Positions 9,465 to 17,872 of a stretch of DNA of 33,888 bases are shown piece after piece. Every line of letters begins with the position of its first letter. The first letter of the stretch is position 1. The stretch is from Solirubrobacteraceae bacterium (lineage in GTDB: Bacteria; Actinomycetota; Thermoleophilia; Solirubrobacterales; Solirubrobacteraceae): assembly GCA_036509295.1 (NCBI GenBank), contig DATCFW010000033.1, forward strand, positions 1 through 33,888. The letters are read 5' to 3'. The notes under the pieces are model-generated. The model was not told where the DNA came from, did not search any database, and was given only the letters and a program-made list of their open reading frames with translations. The position numbers were made by a program, and so were the translations under genes.

Positions 9465-10862
9465 CTACGAGATGCCGGCGGCCGCCGCAGCTTTGCGGTA
9501 CTGCGCAATCTGCGGGTCGGCGGCGGAGATCTTGGTGCAGCCCTGGACTGTCACCATCTTCCCATTTTCAGGCGTCACCGTGTAGTCAGTGTTGTTGGGG
9601 ATGTGCAGGGCGAGCTTCCCATATGTCCAGGGCTCGCATTGCATCACGGAGTGGTAGCTCTTGATGCCGACGATGGCCGCGTTGACGGTCTTCATCGTGT
9701 ACGGGCCCTTGGCTGTGTCAAGCGCCTGGACCAGGTACTTGGCCAGGACGAAGCCCATCTGGCTAAACGACCCGATCCCACCGGCGACGCTGGAGCCGTA
9801 CTTGGTCAGGATCGCCTTGTAGAGCTGGATCTCCGGACCGTTGTGATCATCGGTATCGACCAGCTCAGAGTTGACGAACAGCTTGTGGTTCCACTTCGGT
9901 CCCAGCGCCTTGGCCAGGAAGTCGGTGTCGCACGGCGTCGAGCAGCCCCATGACTTGACCCGGTCCTCGAGGCCGAGCTTCTGGGCGGCCTGGAGGATCA
10001 CCAGCGCCTCGGGCGGGGTGAAGTTGAGGATCACCGCGCCGTTGGGGCCGGCCTTGTCGACGAGGTTCAGCGCGACCGAGCTGGCGTCGTTGATCGGCAC
10101 GTTTTCGGTCAGCTCCGTGATCGGCACGTGCGAGGCAGCCGCCACCGCGGCCGGTCCGGCGGCGATGTATCCCGTTCCGGGGACGTTGGACTGCACGAAC
10201 ACGATCTTCGAGGCGTGGACCGAGTTGATCGCGTACTGCACCGCTCCGTCGGAGCTGTAGCGCGGCCCCATGTTGACGGCGGCGCTGTTGGGGGTTGACC
10301 AGCACTCGGGGGCGATCCCGGCGTCCATTTCATAGATCCCGAGCTGCTTCCAGTAGGACTGATCGAGCGTGCACTCCAGCAGGTCGAAGACGCCGTCGAT
10401 GGCGACGACGTGATCGGTCTGGATCAGCTGCTTGGCCGCCGCCGCCACCTGGGCGGGCTGGCTCTGGTCAAGCTCGACAAAGAGCTTGAGCGGATGGCCG
10501 TTGACGCCGCCGTTGGCGTTCACGCACGCGAAGTACGCGTTGATCATGTTCGGGCCGTCGGTGAAGTCGGTTCCCGGCTGATGGGTATCGATCGTCCCGA
10601 TGTTGATCGGCGTCCCAGTCGCCGCGACGCCCGCCTTGGACCCGCACGACGAGACGCTCACGGCGCCGCCGCTGCTGCTCGTGCCCGTTCCGGTCGCCGC
10701 CGCGGCGGTGGAGCTCGACGTCGCCCCGCCCGCGGCGGACGTGGCCGCGCTGCTGCTGCTACTGCTACTGCTACTTCCGCATCCCGCCAGCGCCAGCAAC
10801 GCTAGTGCCGACAGCAATGCGAGTCCGACTCGCATCCGTGACACGACGTGTTTGATGCTCAC
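9465..10862 (-). CDS. ABC substrate-binding lipoprotein (Liv / Peripla_BP_6 type)
   Basis: Signal peptide with LAGC lipobox, Ser/Ala/Thr-rich linker, INIG, VNANGGVNGHPLKL...D motif. Purine-rich RBS (GAGGAGAG) before the GTG. First gene of the ABC operon. Confidence 0.9.
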   Translation of the reverse strand: MSIKHVVSRMRVGLALLSALALLALAGCGSSSSSSSSSAATSAAGGATSSSTAAAATGTGTSSSGGAVSVSSCGSKAGVAATGTPINIGTIDTHQPGTDFTDGPNMINAYFACVNANGGVNGHPLKLFVELDQSQPAQVAAAAKQLIQTDHVVAIDGVFDLLECTLDQSYWKQLGIYEMDAGIAPECWSTPNSAAVNMGPRYSSDGAVQYAINSVHASKIVFVQSNVPGTGYIAAGPAAVAAASHVPITELTENVPINDASSVALNLVDKAGPNGAVILNFTPPEALVILQAAQKLGLEDRVKSWGCSTPCDTDFLAKALGPKWNHKLFVNSELVDTDDHNGPEIQLYKAILTKYGSSVAGGIGSFSQMGFVLAKYLVQALDTAKGPYTMKTVNAAIVGIKSYHSVMQCEPWTYGKLALHIPNNTDYTVTPENGKMVTVQGCTKISAADPQIAQYRKAAAAAGIS

Positions 10863-10940
10863 CGACTCTCCTCTCCTCAGGGTGTCTCGCCACGCCCCGA
10901 GATCCGCTCGAAGCTGGGCGCATAGTAATCACTGCGGGCT

Positions 10941-10952
10941 GTTGCATGCAAC
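10941..10952. promoter_or_regulatory. Putative GntR/VanR operator 1: perfect palindrome GTTGCATGCAAC
   Basis: 12-bp perfect palindrome in the divergent intergenic region; a near copy lies 76 bp away. Confidence 0.6.
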
Positions 10953-11016
10953 TCCGGGCTAACAAGCCCGTAATCGTTGGTGAAGGATCGCGAACACAGG
11001 GCAATGGCTGCGGACC

Positions 11017-11028
11017 CTTGCATGCAGC
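11017..11028. promoter_or_regulatory. Putative GntR/VanR operator 2: CTTGCATGCAGC
   Basis: Same TTGCATGCA core as 10941-10952, nearer the regulator gene. Confidence 0.5.
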
Positions 11029-11122
11029 TACATCGGGGTATTAGACTGCCCCCGTTCTCGAACGCCCCGCCCGACCGGCGGGTCCGACGCAGGGCCGTCT
11101 CCCCTCGGGAACGTGGATCGAA

Positions 11123-11944
11123 TTGCCAAGGCCAGCGCACCGAACCCAGATCACCAAGGCCGTCCTGCGGCTGCGGGAGCTGATCTTTAACGGCCACTTC
11201 ACCCCGGGGGAGCGGATGTCTGAGCTGCCGCTCGTCGCGCTGCTCGGGGTCTCGCGTACGCCCCTGCGCCTGGCGCTGGCCGAGCTCGAGCATGAGGGGC
11301 TGCTCCGCACGCTTCCCGGCGGCGGCTACGTCGTGCGCGAGTTCACCCAGGGCGACGTGCGGGACGCGATCGAGCTGCGCGGCGTGCTCGAGGGCACGGC
11401 CGCGCGATTCGCGGCCGAGCGCGGTGTCCCGGCACGCGACCTGGCCGCGCTGCGCGCCACCAACGAGACGATCAAGAAGCTGGTCCGACGCGCGGACTAC
11501 GAGTCGTTCGAGCGCTACCTGCATCTCAACGAGGCGTTCCACGCGCGCCTGCTGAAGATGGCGCGCAGTCCGCTGCTCGAGCGGGCCCTGGACGGCGTCG
11601 TCTCGCTGCCGTTCGCCAGCGCCAGCGCGTTCGTCCTCGCCGAGGCCGAGCTGCCCGCCTCGCGGGACATCCTGATCATCGGCTACCGCCATCACGCCGG
11701 GTTGATCGAGGCGATCGAACGCCGGCAGGGCGCGCGCGCCGAGAGCCTGGCGCGCGAGCACGCCCGGTTGGCGCTCACCAACCTGGAGATCGTCATCGAT
11801 CACCGCGACGTCCTGGAGCGCCTGCCGGGTGCCGCGCTGATCTCGCTCCCCGACCGGCCCGACCGCGACCCGGGCATCACGCCCGTGCCTGAGCCCGATG
11901 CCGGGCTGGAGCCCAACCCCGGGCTCGAGCCCGAGCGCGCCTGA
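11123..11944 (+). CDS. GntR-family (FCD domain) transcriptional regulator, VanR-like
   Basis: wHTH LRELIFNGHFTPGERMSE...LGVSRTPLRLALAELEHEGLL; FCD features ELRGVLEG, NEAFH, HAGLIEAI, AREH. The TTG start is uncertain. Confidence 0.9.
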   Translation: MPRPAHRTQITKAVLRLRELIFNGHFTPGERMSELPLVALLGVSRTPLRLALAELEHEGLLRTLPGGGYVVREFTQGDVRDAIELRGVLEGTAARFAAERGVPARDLAALRATNETIKKLVRRADYESFERYLHLNEAFHARLLKMARSPLLERALDGVVSLPFASASAFVLAEAELPASRDILIIGYRHHAGLIEAIERRQGARAESLAREHARLALTNLEIVIDHRDVLERLPGAALISLPDRPDRDPGITPVPEPDAGLEPNPGLEPERA

Positions 11945-11955
11945 GTCCGGGGCGA

Positions 11956-12975
11956 TCATCCGGAGGCAGCCTCGCGGATCGGGATCGGCTCCTCCCGGTC
12001 GGCCCAACTCACCGCCCGCCGCGCCGCCGCCTCGATCTCGGGGGCGCCCGGCCGGTACGCGTCCTCGAGCGTCGGGCTGAGCGGCACCGGCATGAACGGG
12101 GCCCCGACGCGCTGGATCGGCGCATCGAGATGGTCGAACGCCGCCGCTTGGAGCTCCGCGGCGAGCTCGGCACCGAAGCCGCCGGTGCGGACCGCCTCGT
12201 GGGCCACGACGGCGCGACCGGTACGGCGTACCGAGTCGGCGATCGGGTCGAGATCGAGCGGGAGCAGTGTGCGCGGGTCGATCACCTCGGCCTCGATCCC
12301 GTCGGCGGCGAGCCGCTCCGCGGCCGCCATCGCCTCGCCGACGAGCCGTGACAGCGCGACGATCGTCACGTCGCGTCCGCGTCGCAGGACGTGGGCGCGG
12401 CCGATCTCCAGCGGCTCGGGCGGGTCGGGCGCCGGCTCGCGGCGGAAGTACAGCGCCTTTGACTCGACGAACACCACCGGGTTGGGATCGGCGATCGCGC
12501 TGAGCAGGAGACCGGCGGCGTCGGCGGCGGTGGCGGGCATCACCACCTTGAGCCCCGGGATGTGGGTGAGCCACGCCTCCAGGCTCTGGGAGTGCTGGGC
12601 GCCGGCGCGCCCGCCGGCGCCCCCCTGGGTGCGCAACACGAGCGGCACGGCGAGCTGGCCGCCGGACATGAAGTGCGCCTTGGCGGCCTGGTTGACGAGC
12701 TGATCGAGCGCCAGGGTGATGAAGTCGATGAACATGATCTCCACGACCGGCCGCAGCCCGGCCTGGGCCGCCCCGACGGCGATCCCGGCCACCGCGCTCT
12801 CGCTGATCGGGGTGTTGCGGACCCGCCCGCGCCCGAACTCCTCTGACAGCCCCTCGGTGGCGAGGTAGGGGCCGCCCTCGGCGACGTCCTCGCCGATCAC
12901 GATCACCCGCTCGTCGGCCCGCATCGCATGGGCGAGCGCCGCGTTGATCGCCTTCACGTAGGTGGTCTCGATCAT
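11956..12975 (-). CDS. ThDP-dependent 2-oxoacid/acetoin dehydrogenase E1 beta subunit (copy 2)
   Basis: Probable start is the ATG at 12975 (MIETTYVKAIN, TGATG overlap); GEDV, NTPISE, EIMFIDF, GAQHSQSLE, EVIDPRTLLPLD. Confidence 0.93.
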   Translation of the reverse strand: MIETTYVKAINAALAHAMRADERVIVIGEDVAEGGPYLATEGLSEEFGRGRVRNTPISESAVAGIAVGAAQAGLRPVVEIMFIDFITLALDQLVNQAAKAHFMSGGQLAVPLVLRTQGGAGGRAGAQHSQSLEAWLTHIPGLKVVMPATAADAAGLLLSAIADPNPVVFVESKALYFRREPAPDPPEPLEIGRAHVLRRGRDVTIVALSRLVGEAMAAAERLAADGIEAEVIDPRTLLPLDLDPIADSVRRTGRAVVAHEAVRTGGFGAELAAELQAAAFDHLDAPIQRVGAPFMPVPLSPTLEDAYRPGAPEIEAAARRAVSWADREEPIPIREAASG

Positions 12976-13970
12976 CAGGAGGCGTAGACGAGCTCCGCCG
13001 CGGCCGCCGGAGTGAGGGGATCGCTGGCACGGCCGAACGCGACGGCACGCTGCACCTCGGCGTCGGCCTCGGCGGTGATCGCCCGCGCCTGCTGCTCGTC
13101 GATCCACCCGTTCTCGGTGGCGCTGGCCTCCAGGCGCGCGATCGGGTCAAGCGCAGCCCACTCGTCGTCTTCGAGCGCGCTGCGGGCGGCGAGCGGGTCG
13201 CCCTCGTAGTGGCCGCGCCGGCGGTGGGTCCGGCACTCGAGCAGAAACGGCCCGCGCCGTTCTGAGCGCGCCAGTGCGAGAAACCGCCCGAAGGCGGTGT
13301 GGACCGCCGCCACGTCGGCGCCGTCGAGGACCTCGCGGTCAAAGCCGTAGGGCGCGACCACGTCGCAGACGCTGCCCACCGTCGTGTGCTCGGCCCGCGT
13401 CGTGAACTCGGCCATCCCGTTGTTCTCGCACACGAAGATGAGCGGCAGCTCCCACAGCGCGGCCAGGTTCACCGTCTCGTGGAAGTAGCCGGTCTGCACC
13501 GCGCCGTCGCCGAAGAAGACCACCGTCACCCGATCGCGGCGGCCGATCTTGGCCGCGAGGGCGCCCCCGGCGGCCATCGGCAGGTTGCCGCCGACGACGC
13601 CGGTCGCTCCCATCACCCCGTGCTCGATGTCAACGACGTGCATCGACCCGCCCAGGCCCTGGCAGAGCCCGGCCGAGCGGCCCATCAGTTCGGCCATCAC
13701 GCGGTCCATCGGCGCCCCCTTGGCCAGTACGTGGCCGTGGGCGCGGTGGCCGCTGTAGATCTCATCGTCGTCGCGCAACTGCCGGCACACTCCGGCGGCG
13801 ACGCCCTCGGCGCCGATGCTCAGGTGGATGAGCCCGTGGACGAGCAGGCGCTGGTGCAGACGGGCGAGGTGCTCCTCGAAGCGACGGATCCGCCACATCG
13901 TGCGCAGCAGGTCCAGGGTCGTCGCGGAGTCGAGTGACCCCGCGACCCCTCGCTGGCGCTTCGCCGCCAT
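12975..13970 (-). CDS. ThDP-dependent 2-oxoacid/acetoin dehydrogenase E1 alpha subunit (copy 2, AcoA-like)
   Basis: GLIHLSIGAE, HRAHGH, GGSMH, ThDP motif GDGA...ENN, RRRGHYEGDP. AGGAGG upstream; alternative GTG at 13973. Confidence 0.93.
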   Translation of the reverse strand: MAAKRQRGVAGSLDSATTLDLLRTMWRIRRFEEHLARLHQRLLVHGLIHLSIGAEGVAAGVCRQLRDDDEIYSGHRAHGHVLAKGAPMDRVMAELMGRSAGLCQGLGGSMHVVDIEHGVMGATGVVGGNLPMAAGGALAAKIGRRDRVTVVFFGDGAVQTGYFHETVNLAALWELPLIFVCENNGMAEFTTRAEHTTVGSVCDVVAPYGFDREVLDGADVAAVHTAFGRFLALARSERRGPFLLECRTHRRRGHYEGDPLAARSALEDDEWAALDPIARLEASATENGWIDEQQARAITAEADAEVQRAVAFGRASDPLTPAAAAELVYAS

Positions 13971-13978
13971 CACACCTC

Positions 13979-14959
13979 CTAGGCGACGGCAGACGTCGTG
14001 CCCAGCACCTCGCGCACGGCGCCGGCGATCTTGTGCTCGTCGGGCAGGACGAACGCCTCCATCGGCTCGCTGTAGGGAACGGTGGCGTCGAGCGCGGTCA
14101 CGAGCTTGATCGGGGCCTTGAGCGAGCCGAAGCCGTGCTCGACGATCTCGCCGGCGATGATGTTGGCGGCGGAGGCGTGGCGGGTCGCCTGATCGGCGAG
14201 CACCACGTGGCCGGTCTTCTCCACCGAGGTGAGGATCGTCGGCATATCGAGCGGCTGCAGCGACCGCGGGTCGATCACCTCCGCCTCGATACCCTCGCTC
14301 GCCAGCGCCTGCGCTGCCTCCAGCGCCTTGCCCACCGTCCAGCCGGTCGCCACGATGGTGACGTCCGCGCCGGGCCGGCGGACGGCCGCCTCGCCGATGG
14401 GCACGAGGTGCTCGCCCTCGGGCACGTCGCCGTGCTCGAGCACGAGCAGGTAGTGCATGAGGTAGACGACGGGGTTGTCGTCACGGACGGCCGAGGCCAT
14501 CAACCCCTTGGCATCGGCGGGGGTTGAGGGCAACACCACCTTGAGCCCGGGGATGCCGGCGAACATCGAGTAGATGGAACCGGTGTGCTGGCCGGCCCAG
14601 CCGGCGGTGAACCCGTACCCGGCCTTGAGCACGAGCGGGACCTTCACCCGCCCGCCGCTCATGTACCGCAGGCGCGGAGCCTCGTTGGTCACCTGGTTCA
14701 TCGCCACCAGCATGAACTCGGCCATGAGCAGCTCGACCACCGGGCGGTACCCGGCCAGGGCCAGCCCGACGGCCATGCCGATCTCGGCGGTCTCGGAGAT
14801 CGGGCTCACCCGGACGCGATCGCGACCGAACGCCTGGACGAGCGGGTCCTCGTCTGAGGGGGCGACGTCCTGGCCGTAGAACACGACGGTCTCGTCCCGG
14901 GCCATCTCCTGCCGGATCGCCTCGTTGACCGCGGCGATGTAGGGAATCTCTCGTGCCAT
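13979..14959 (-). CDS. ThDP-dependent dehydrogenase E1 beta subunit (copy 1, divergent)
   Basis: GQDV, SPISE, RPVVE, AGQHTGS, IPGLKVVLPSTPADAKGL, EVIDPRSLQPLD. Confidence 0.92.
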   Translation of the reverse strand: MAREIPYIAAVNEAIRQEMARDETVVFYGQDVAPSDEDPLVQAFGRDRVRVSPISETAEIGMAVGLALAGYRPVVELLMAEFMLVAMNQVTNEAPRLRYMSGGRVKVPLVLKAGYGFTAGWAGQHTGSIYSMFAGIPGLKVVLPSTPADAKGLMASAVRDDNPVVYLMHYLLVLEHGDVPEGEHLVPIGEAAVRRPGADVTIVATGWTVGKALEAAQALASEGIEAEVIDPRSLQPLDMPTILTSVEKTGHVVLADQATRHASAANIIAGEIVEHGFGSLKAPIKLVTALDATVPYSEPMEAFVLPDEHKIAGAVREVLGTTSAVA

Positions 14960-14972
14960 GGTGTGGTTGCTC

Positions 14973-16001
14973 CTACGCGTAGACGTATTTCGTGGCCGCT
15001 TCGGGCTCCGGGAACGGGCTGTCGAGCCCGAACTGGACCGCGGCCTCCATCTCGTCGCGGGCCGCCTGCGCGATCTCGTCCGCGCGCTCGGCGGTCAGCG
15101 CCCCCTGCTCGATCAGGCGGGCGCGGAACCGCGGCACCGGGTCGCCGCGGAGTGCCGCCTCGTACTCCTCGCGGTTGCCGAACACCGAGATCGCCTCGTG
15201 CTCGGGGTAGTGCAGCGGCACCCCGGGCGGGGCGATGAGGTTGCCGTGAGCCGACAGGCGGTAGACCTTGGACTCGATCAGCGTCGGGCCGTCACCGCCG
15301 CGGGCGCGATTCACCGCGGTGCCGACCGTCGCGTGCACGGCCACCGGGTCACCGCCGTCGACGGTGACGCCGGGCATGCTGTAGGCCTTGGCCTTGACCG
15401 ACAGCGGCTCGCCGGCGGCGGCGTTGGCGTCCTCCTGCTCGGAGTGCGTGGCCACGTTGTAGCCGTTGTTCTCCATCACGTAGACGATCGGCAGCTTCCA
15501 CAACGACGCGAGGTTGAGCGACTCGTGGAACGCCCCTTGCTTGGAGGCGCCGTCGCCGAAGAAGCAGAGGACGACCTGGCGTTCCTTGCGAAGCTGAGCG
15601 GCGAACGCGACGCCGGTCGCCTGGGGGATGCCCTGACCGACGATGCCGGAGGTCCCCATGAACCCGACGTCGGGATCGACGAGGTGCATCGAGCCGCCAT
15701 AGCCGCCGCACAGCCCGTCCCGGCGCCCGTAGATCTCGGCCATTATCGCCTTGGTGTCGGTGCCGAGCGCGATCGGGTAGCCGTGGCAGCGGTAGGTGGC
15801 CATGAGCTGGTCGGTCGGCGCCAGCGTCGCCAGCGATCCGACGATCGACGCCTCGGCGCCGTCGGCGAGGTGCGTGTGGCCGCGGATCACGCCGGGGTGA
15901 TCCTCGAAGGTGCGCTTGACGCGCTCCTCGAACTCGCGGATCCGGACCATCTGGTTGAAGATCCAGACGAGGCGCTCGTCGGTCAGCTCGGCGGTGGTCA
16001 T
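14973..16001 (-). CDS. ThDP-dependent dehydrogenase E1 alpha subunit (copy 1, divergent)
   Basis: GHTHLADGAEA, TYRCHG, GGSMH, GDGASKQGAFHE...ENN, YRLSAH. AGGAG RBS; alternative GTG at 16004. Confidence 0.92.
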   Translation of the reverse strand: MTTAELTDERLVWIFNQMVRIREFEERVKRTFEDHPGVIRGHTHLADGAEASIVGSLATLAPTDQLMATYRCHGYPIALGTDTKAIMAEIYGRRDGLCGGYGGSMHLVDPDVGFMGTSGIVGQGIPQATGVAFAAQLRKERQVVLCFFGDGASKQGAFHESLNLASLWKLPIVYVMENNGYNVATHSEQEDANAAAGEPLSVKAKAYSMPGVTVDGGDPVAVHATVGTAVNRARGGDGPTLIESKVYRLSAHGNLIAPPGVPLHYPEHEAISVFGNREEYEAALRGDPVPRFRARLIEQGALTAERADEIAQAARDEMEAAVQFGLDSPFPEPEAATKYVYA

Positions 16002-16014
16002 CACTGTCTCCTGT

Positions 16015-16884
16015 CTATGCCGGATCCGCCGCGAACAGCGCGGCGGTGGTCTGGAATGAGCGGTCGAATGCGGCTTCGATCGGCAGGCTGCGCAGCGCCG
16101 CTGACAGCACTTCGACGCCCCAGGGCTGGTCGTAGCCGGCCTCGGCGAGCGCCGTGACGTACCCGGCGACGTCGAGCTCCCCCTCGCCGGGCAGCAGGCG
16201 GTGGTTGATCACCTCGTCGAGCGGATCCGCGGCGAACTCGACCGGCCCGTCGGACAGCTCGACCCACGCCAGATACTCGGCGGGGATCGACATCATGTCG
16301 GCGGGCGGGATCTTCAGCTTGCCCATGTGCCAGGTGTCGATCACCAGACCGCCGTTGGCGCGTCCGGCCTCGGTGACGAGCTTGATCCCGTCCTGCAGGG
16401 TGTTCACGTTGGGATCGAACGGAATGATCTCGTAGGCGATCCTCGCATCGGTGTGCTGCGCGGCGTCGTCGCACAGGGCGGCGTACTCCTCGATCAGCCG
16501 GTCGAGCTCACACGGCGTCTCGGGGATGTTGCCGACCTTGATGTGGTGGGCGCCGAACGTGGCGGCCGTCTCGAACAGCTGCGTGCGCAGCTCGTCTGAC
16601 GCGATTCGCTCGGGGCTGCCGGGCGGCATCCAGAAGTTGGCCAGGAACTCGACCTCCAGGTACCGCAGCCCGGCGTCGTCGAAGATCGCCTTCATCTCCG
16701 GCAGCGTGCGGGTCTCGAGCTGGTGCGTCACATCCGCATGCCACAGGCCGAGGCCGCGGAAGCCGACTCGCTCCGCCTGGGCGCAGCGCTCGCGCCAGTC
16801 GAACGTGCTCCATTCGCGCCCGGCGTGGATGTCCACGGGACCGGCGACCGTCCAGTACAGCGCGACCAGCTCGATCTCGCCCAC
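16015..16884 (-). CDS. Sugar phosphate isomerase/epimerase (xylose isomerase-like / AP_endonuc_2 TIM barrel) family protein
   Basis: Metal-site pattern AYE...IDTWH...VELSD...HRLLPGEG...GVEV; GAGGAG RBS before the GTG. Confidence 0.85.
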   Translation of the reverse strand: MGEIELVALYWTVAGPVDIHAGREWSTFDWRERCAQAERVGFRGLGLWHADVTHQLETRTLPEMKAIFDDAGLRYLEVEFLANFWMPPGSPERIASDELRTQLFETAATFGAHHIKVGNIPETPCELDRLIEEYAALCDDAAQHTDARIAYEIIPFDPNVNTLQDGIKLVTEAGRANGGLVIDTWHMGKLKIPPADMMSIPAEYLAWVELSDGPVEFAADPLDEVINHRLLPGEGELDVAGYVTALAEAGYDQPWGVEVLSAALRSLPIEAAFDRSFQTTAALFAADPA

Positions 16885-16899
16885 GCGTTCTCCTCTTCC

Positions 16900-16950
16900 T
16901 CGGTTCAGGAACCGACGGTCAAGCTACCGCCGCCCTGGGGGTGTAGTCCA
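16900..16950 (-). promoter_or_regulatory. Candidate promoter (TGGACT-N18-TAGCTT) with palindrome TCGGTTC-N2-GAACCGA over the predicted start site
   Basis: Read directly: -35-like at 16950-16945, TANNNT at 16926-16921, 7+7 bp inverted repeat at 16900-16915. Confidence 0.35.
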
Positions 16951-16997
16951 GTGCGAGCGCGCAGGCCTTCTTGCCGATCAGCGCGCTGGGCCAGCCC

Positions 16998-17756
16998 CTA
17001 CGTGGCGAACTCGCCCGCGATCCGATCGAGCGCCGCCACCAGCTCGTCGGTCCGGGTCAGCCACGGCGAGTGGTCGGTATCGATCTCGATCACCGGATCG
17101 CAGCCGGCCGCGGTGAACATGCGCCGCTGCAGCGCCGGCTTGATCGCCCGGTCTTGCAGGCAGGTCACATATGCACGGGGAAGGGCGTCAAATGCGGCAG
17201 TGTTCGCGCCCGGCGTGAACGGCTGGGTGAACGGGATCACCGGCTGACTGCCGCGCTGGGGCATCGCCCAGGCGAGCTGCTCCTCGCTGGCGCAGTGGTA
17301 GAGCGCCTCCGGCGCGGCTGCGGGCGGCATGGTCGCCACCGGCGGGTCGCCGGCGACGACGATGTTGGCCTGCACCGAATCGCCGGCCGCCTCGGGGAGC
17401 TGGGTGAGTTCGAGCAGACTCTGGCCGGGCTGCGGCAGGAAGGCGGTGACGTAGACGAGGCCGGCGAGTCGCTCCGCGACGCCGGGGCGCCCACCCGCCG
17501 CCTGGGTGATGACTATCCCGCCCATGCTGTGGCCGACGAGCAGCGGCCGCCCGGGGAGTTCGTCGAGGGCGGCGCCCACCGCGTCGGCGTACCGGTCCAG
17601 CGTGATCTCGGCGAGCGGAGTCGTGTCGGCGCCTTGGCCCGGCAGGTCGATGGCGCGTGTCTCGTGCCCCGCGGCCTGCAGGCCCGCGCTGACCCGCTCC
17701 CACACCCACGCGCCCCCCATCGCGCCGTGGACCAGCAGGAATCTCGCCATGGTCAT
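16998..17756 (-). CDS. Alpha/beta-fold hydrolase (SABP2/methylesterase-like esterase)
   Basis: Probable start is ATG 17756 or 17750 (MTMARFLLVHGA), not 17969; HG oxyanion motif, GHSMGG nucleophile elbow, QDRA acid, DHSP His. Confidence 0.9.
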   Translation of the reverse strand: MTMARFLLVHGAMGGAWVWERVSAGLQAAGHETRAIDLPGQGADTTPLAEITLDRYADAVGAALDELPGRPLLVGHSMGGIVITQAAGGRPGVAERLAGLVYVTAFLPQPGQSLLELTQLPEAAGDSVQANIVVAGDPPVATMPPAAAPEALYHCASEEQLAWAMPQRGSQPVIPFTQPFTPGANTAAFDALPRAYVTCLQDRAIKPALQRRMFTAAGCDPVIEIDTDHSPWLTRTDELVAALDRIAGEFAT

Positions 17757-17872
17757 TCGTCCCTCGCATTCGAGCGCAAAGCGCGACCCTATCCGGCCGC
17801 CGCCTCCGCGCCCGCCGCGGCGCGCACGCGAGCGCCGGTGCGCAAGCGGGGCTGCGCAAACCGGCAAGCGGG

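Noticed and set aside
10749-10775. (GCT/ACT)n trinucleotide run
   Set aside because: It encodes the poly-Ser linker after the lipobox; ordinary for lipoproteins and frame-neutral.
11891-11932. 18-bp degenerate repeats at the end of the GntR gene (EPDAGL EPNPGL EP)
   Set aside because: Short low-complexity C-terminal tail; no spacers and no evidence of function.
10877-13342. 821-aa minus-strand ORF, and other long overlapping ORFs (417..1349, 1906..3375, 7865..9664, 20972..22687, 22485..24290, 28667..29776, 32448..33626)
   Set aside because: Arg/Gly/Pro-rich shadow frames with no recognisable motifs, overlapping well-supported genes; expected in very GC-rich DNA.
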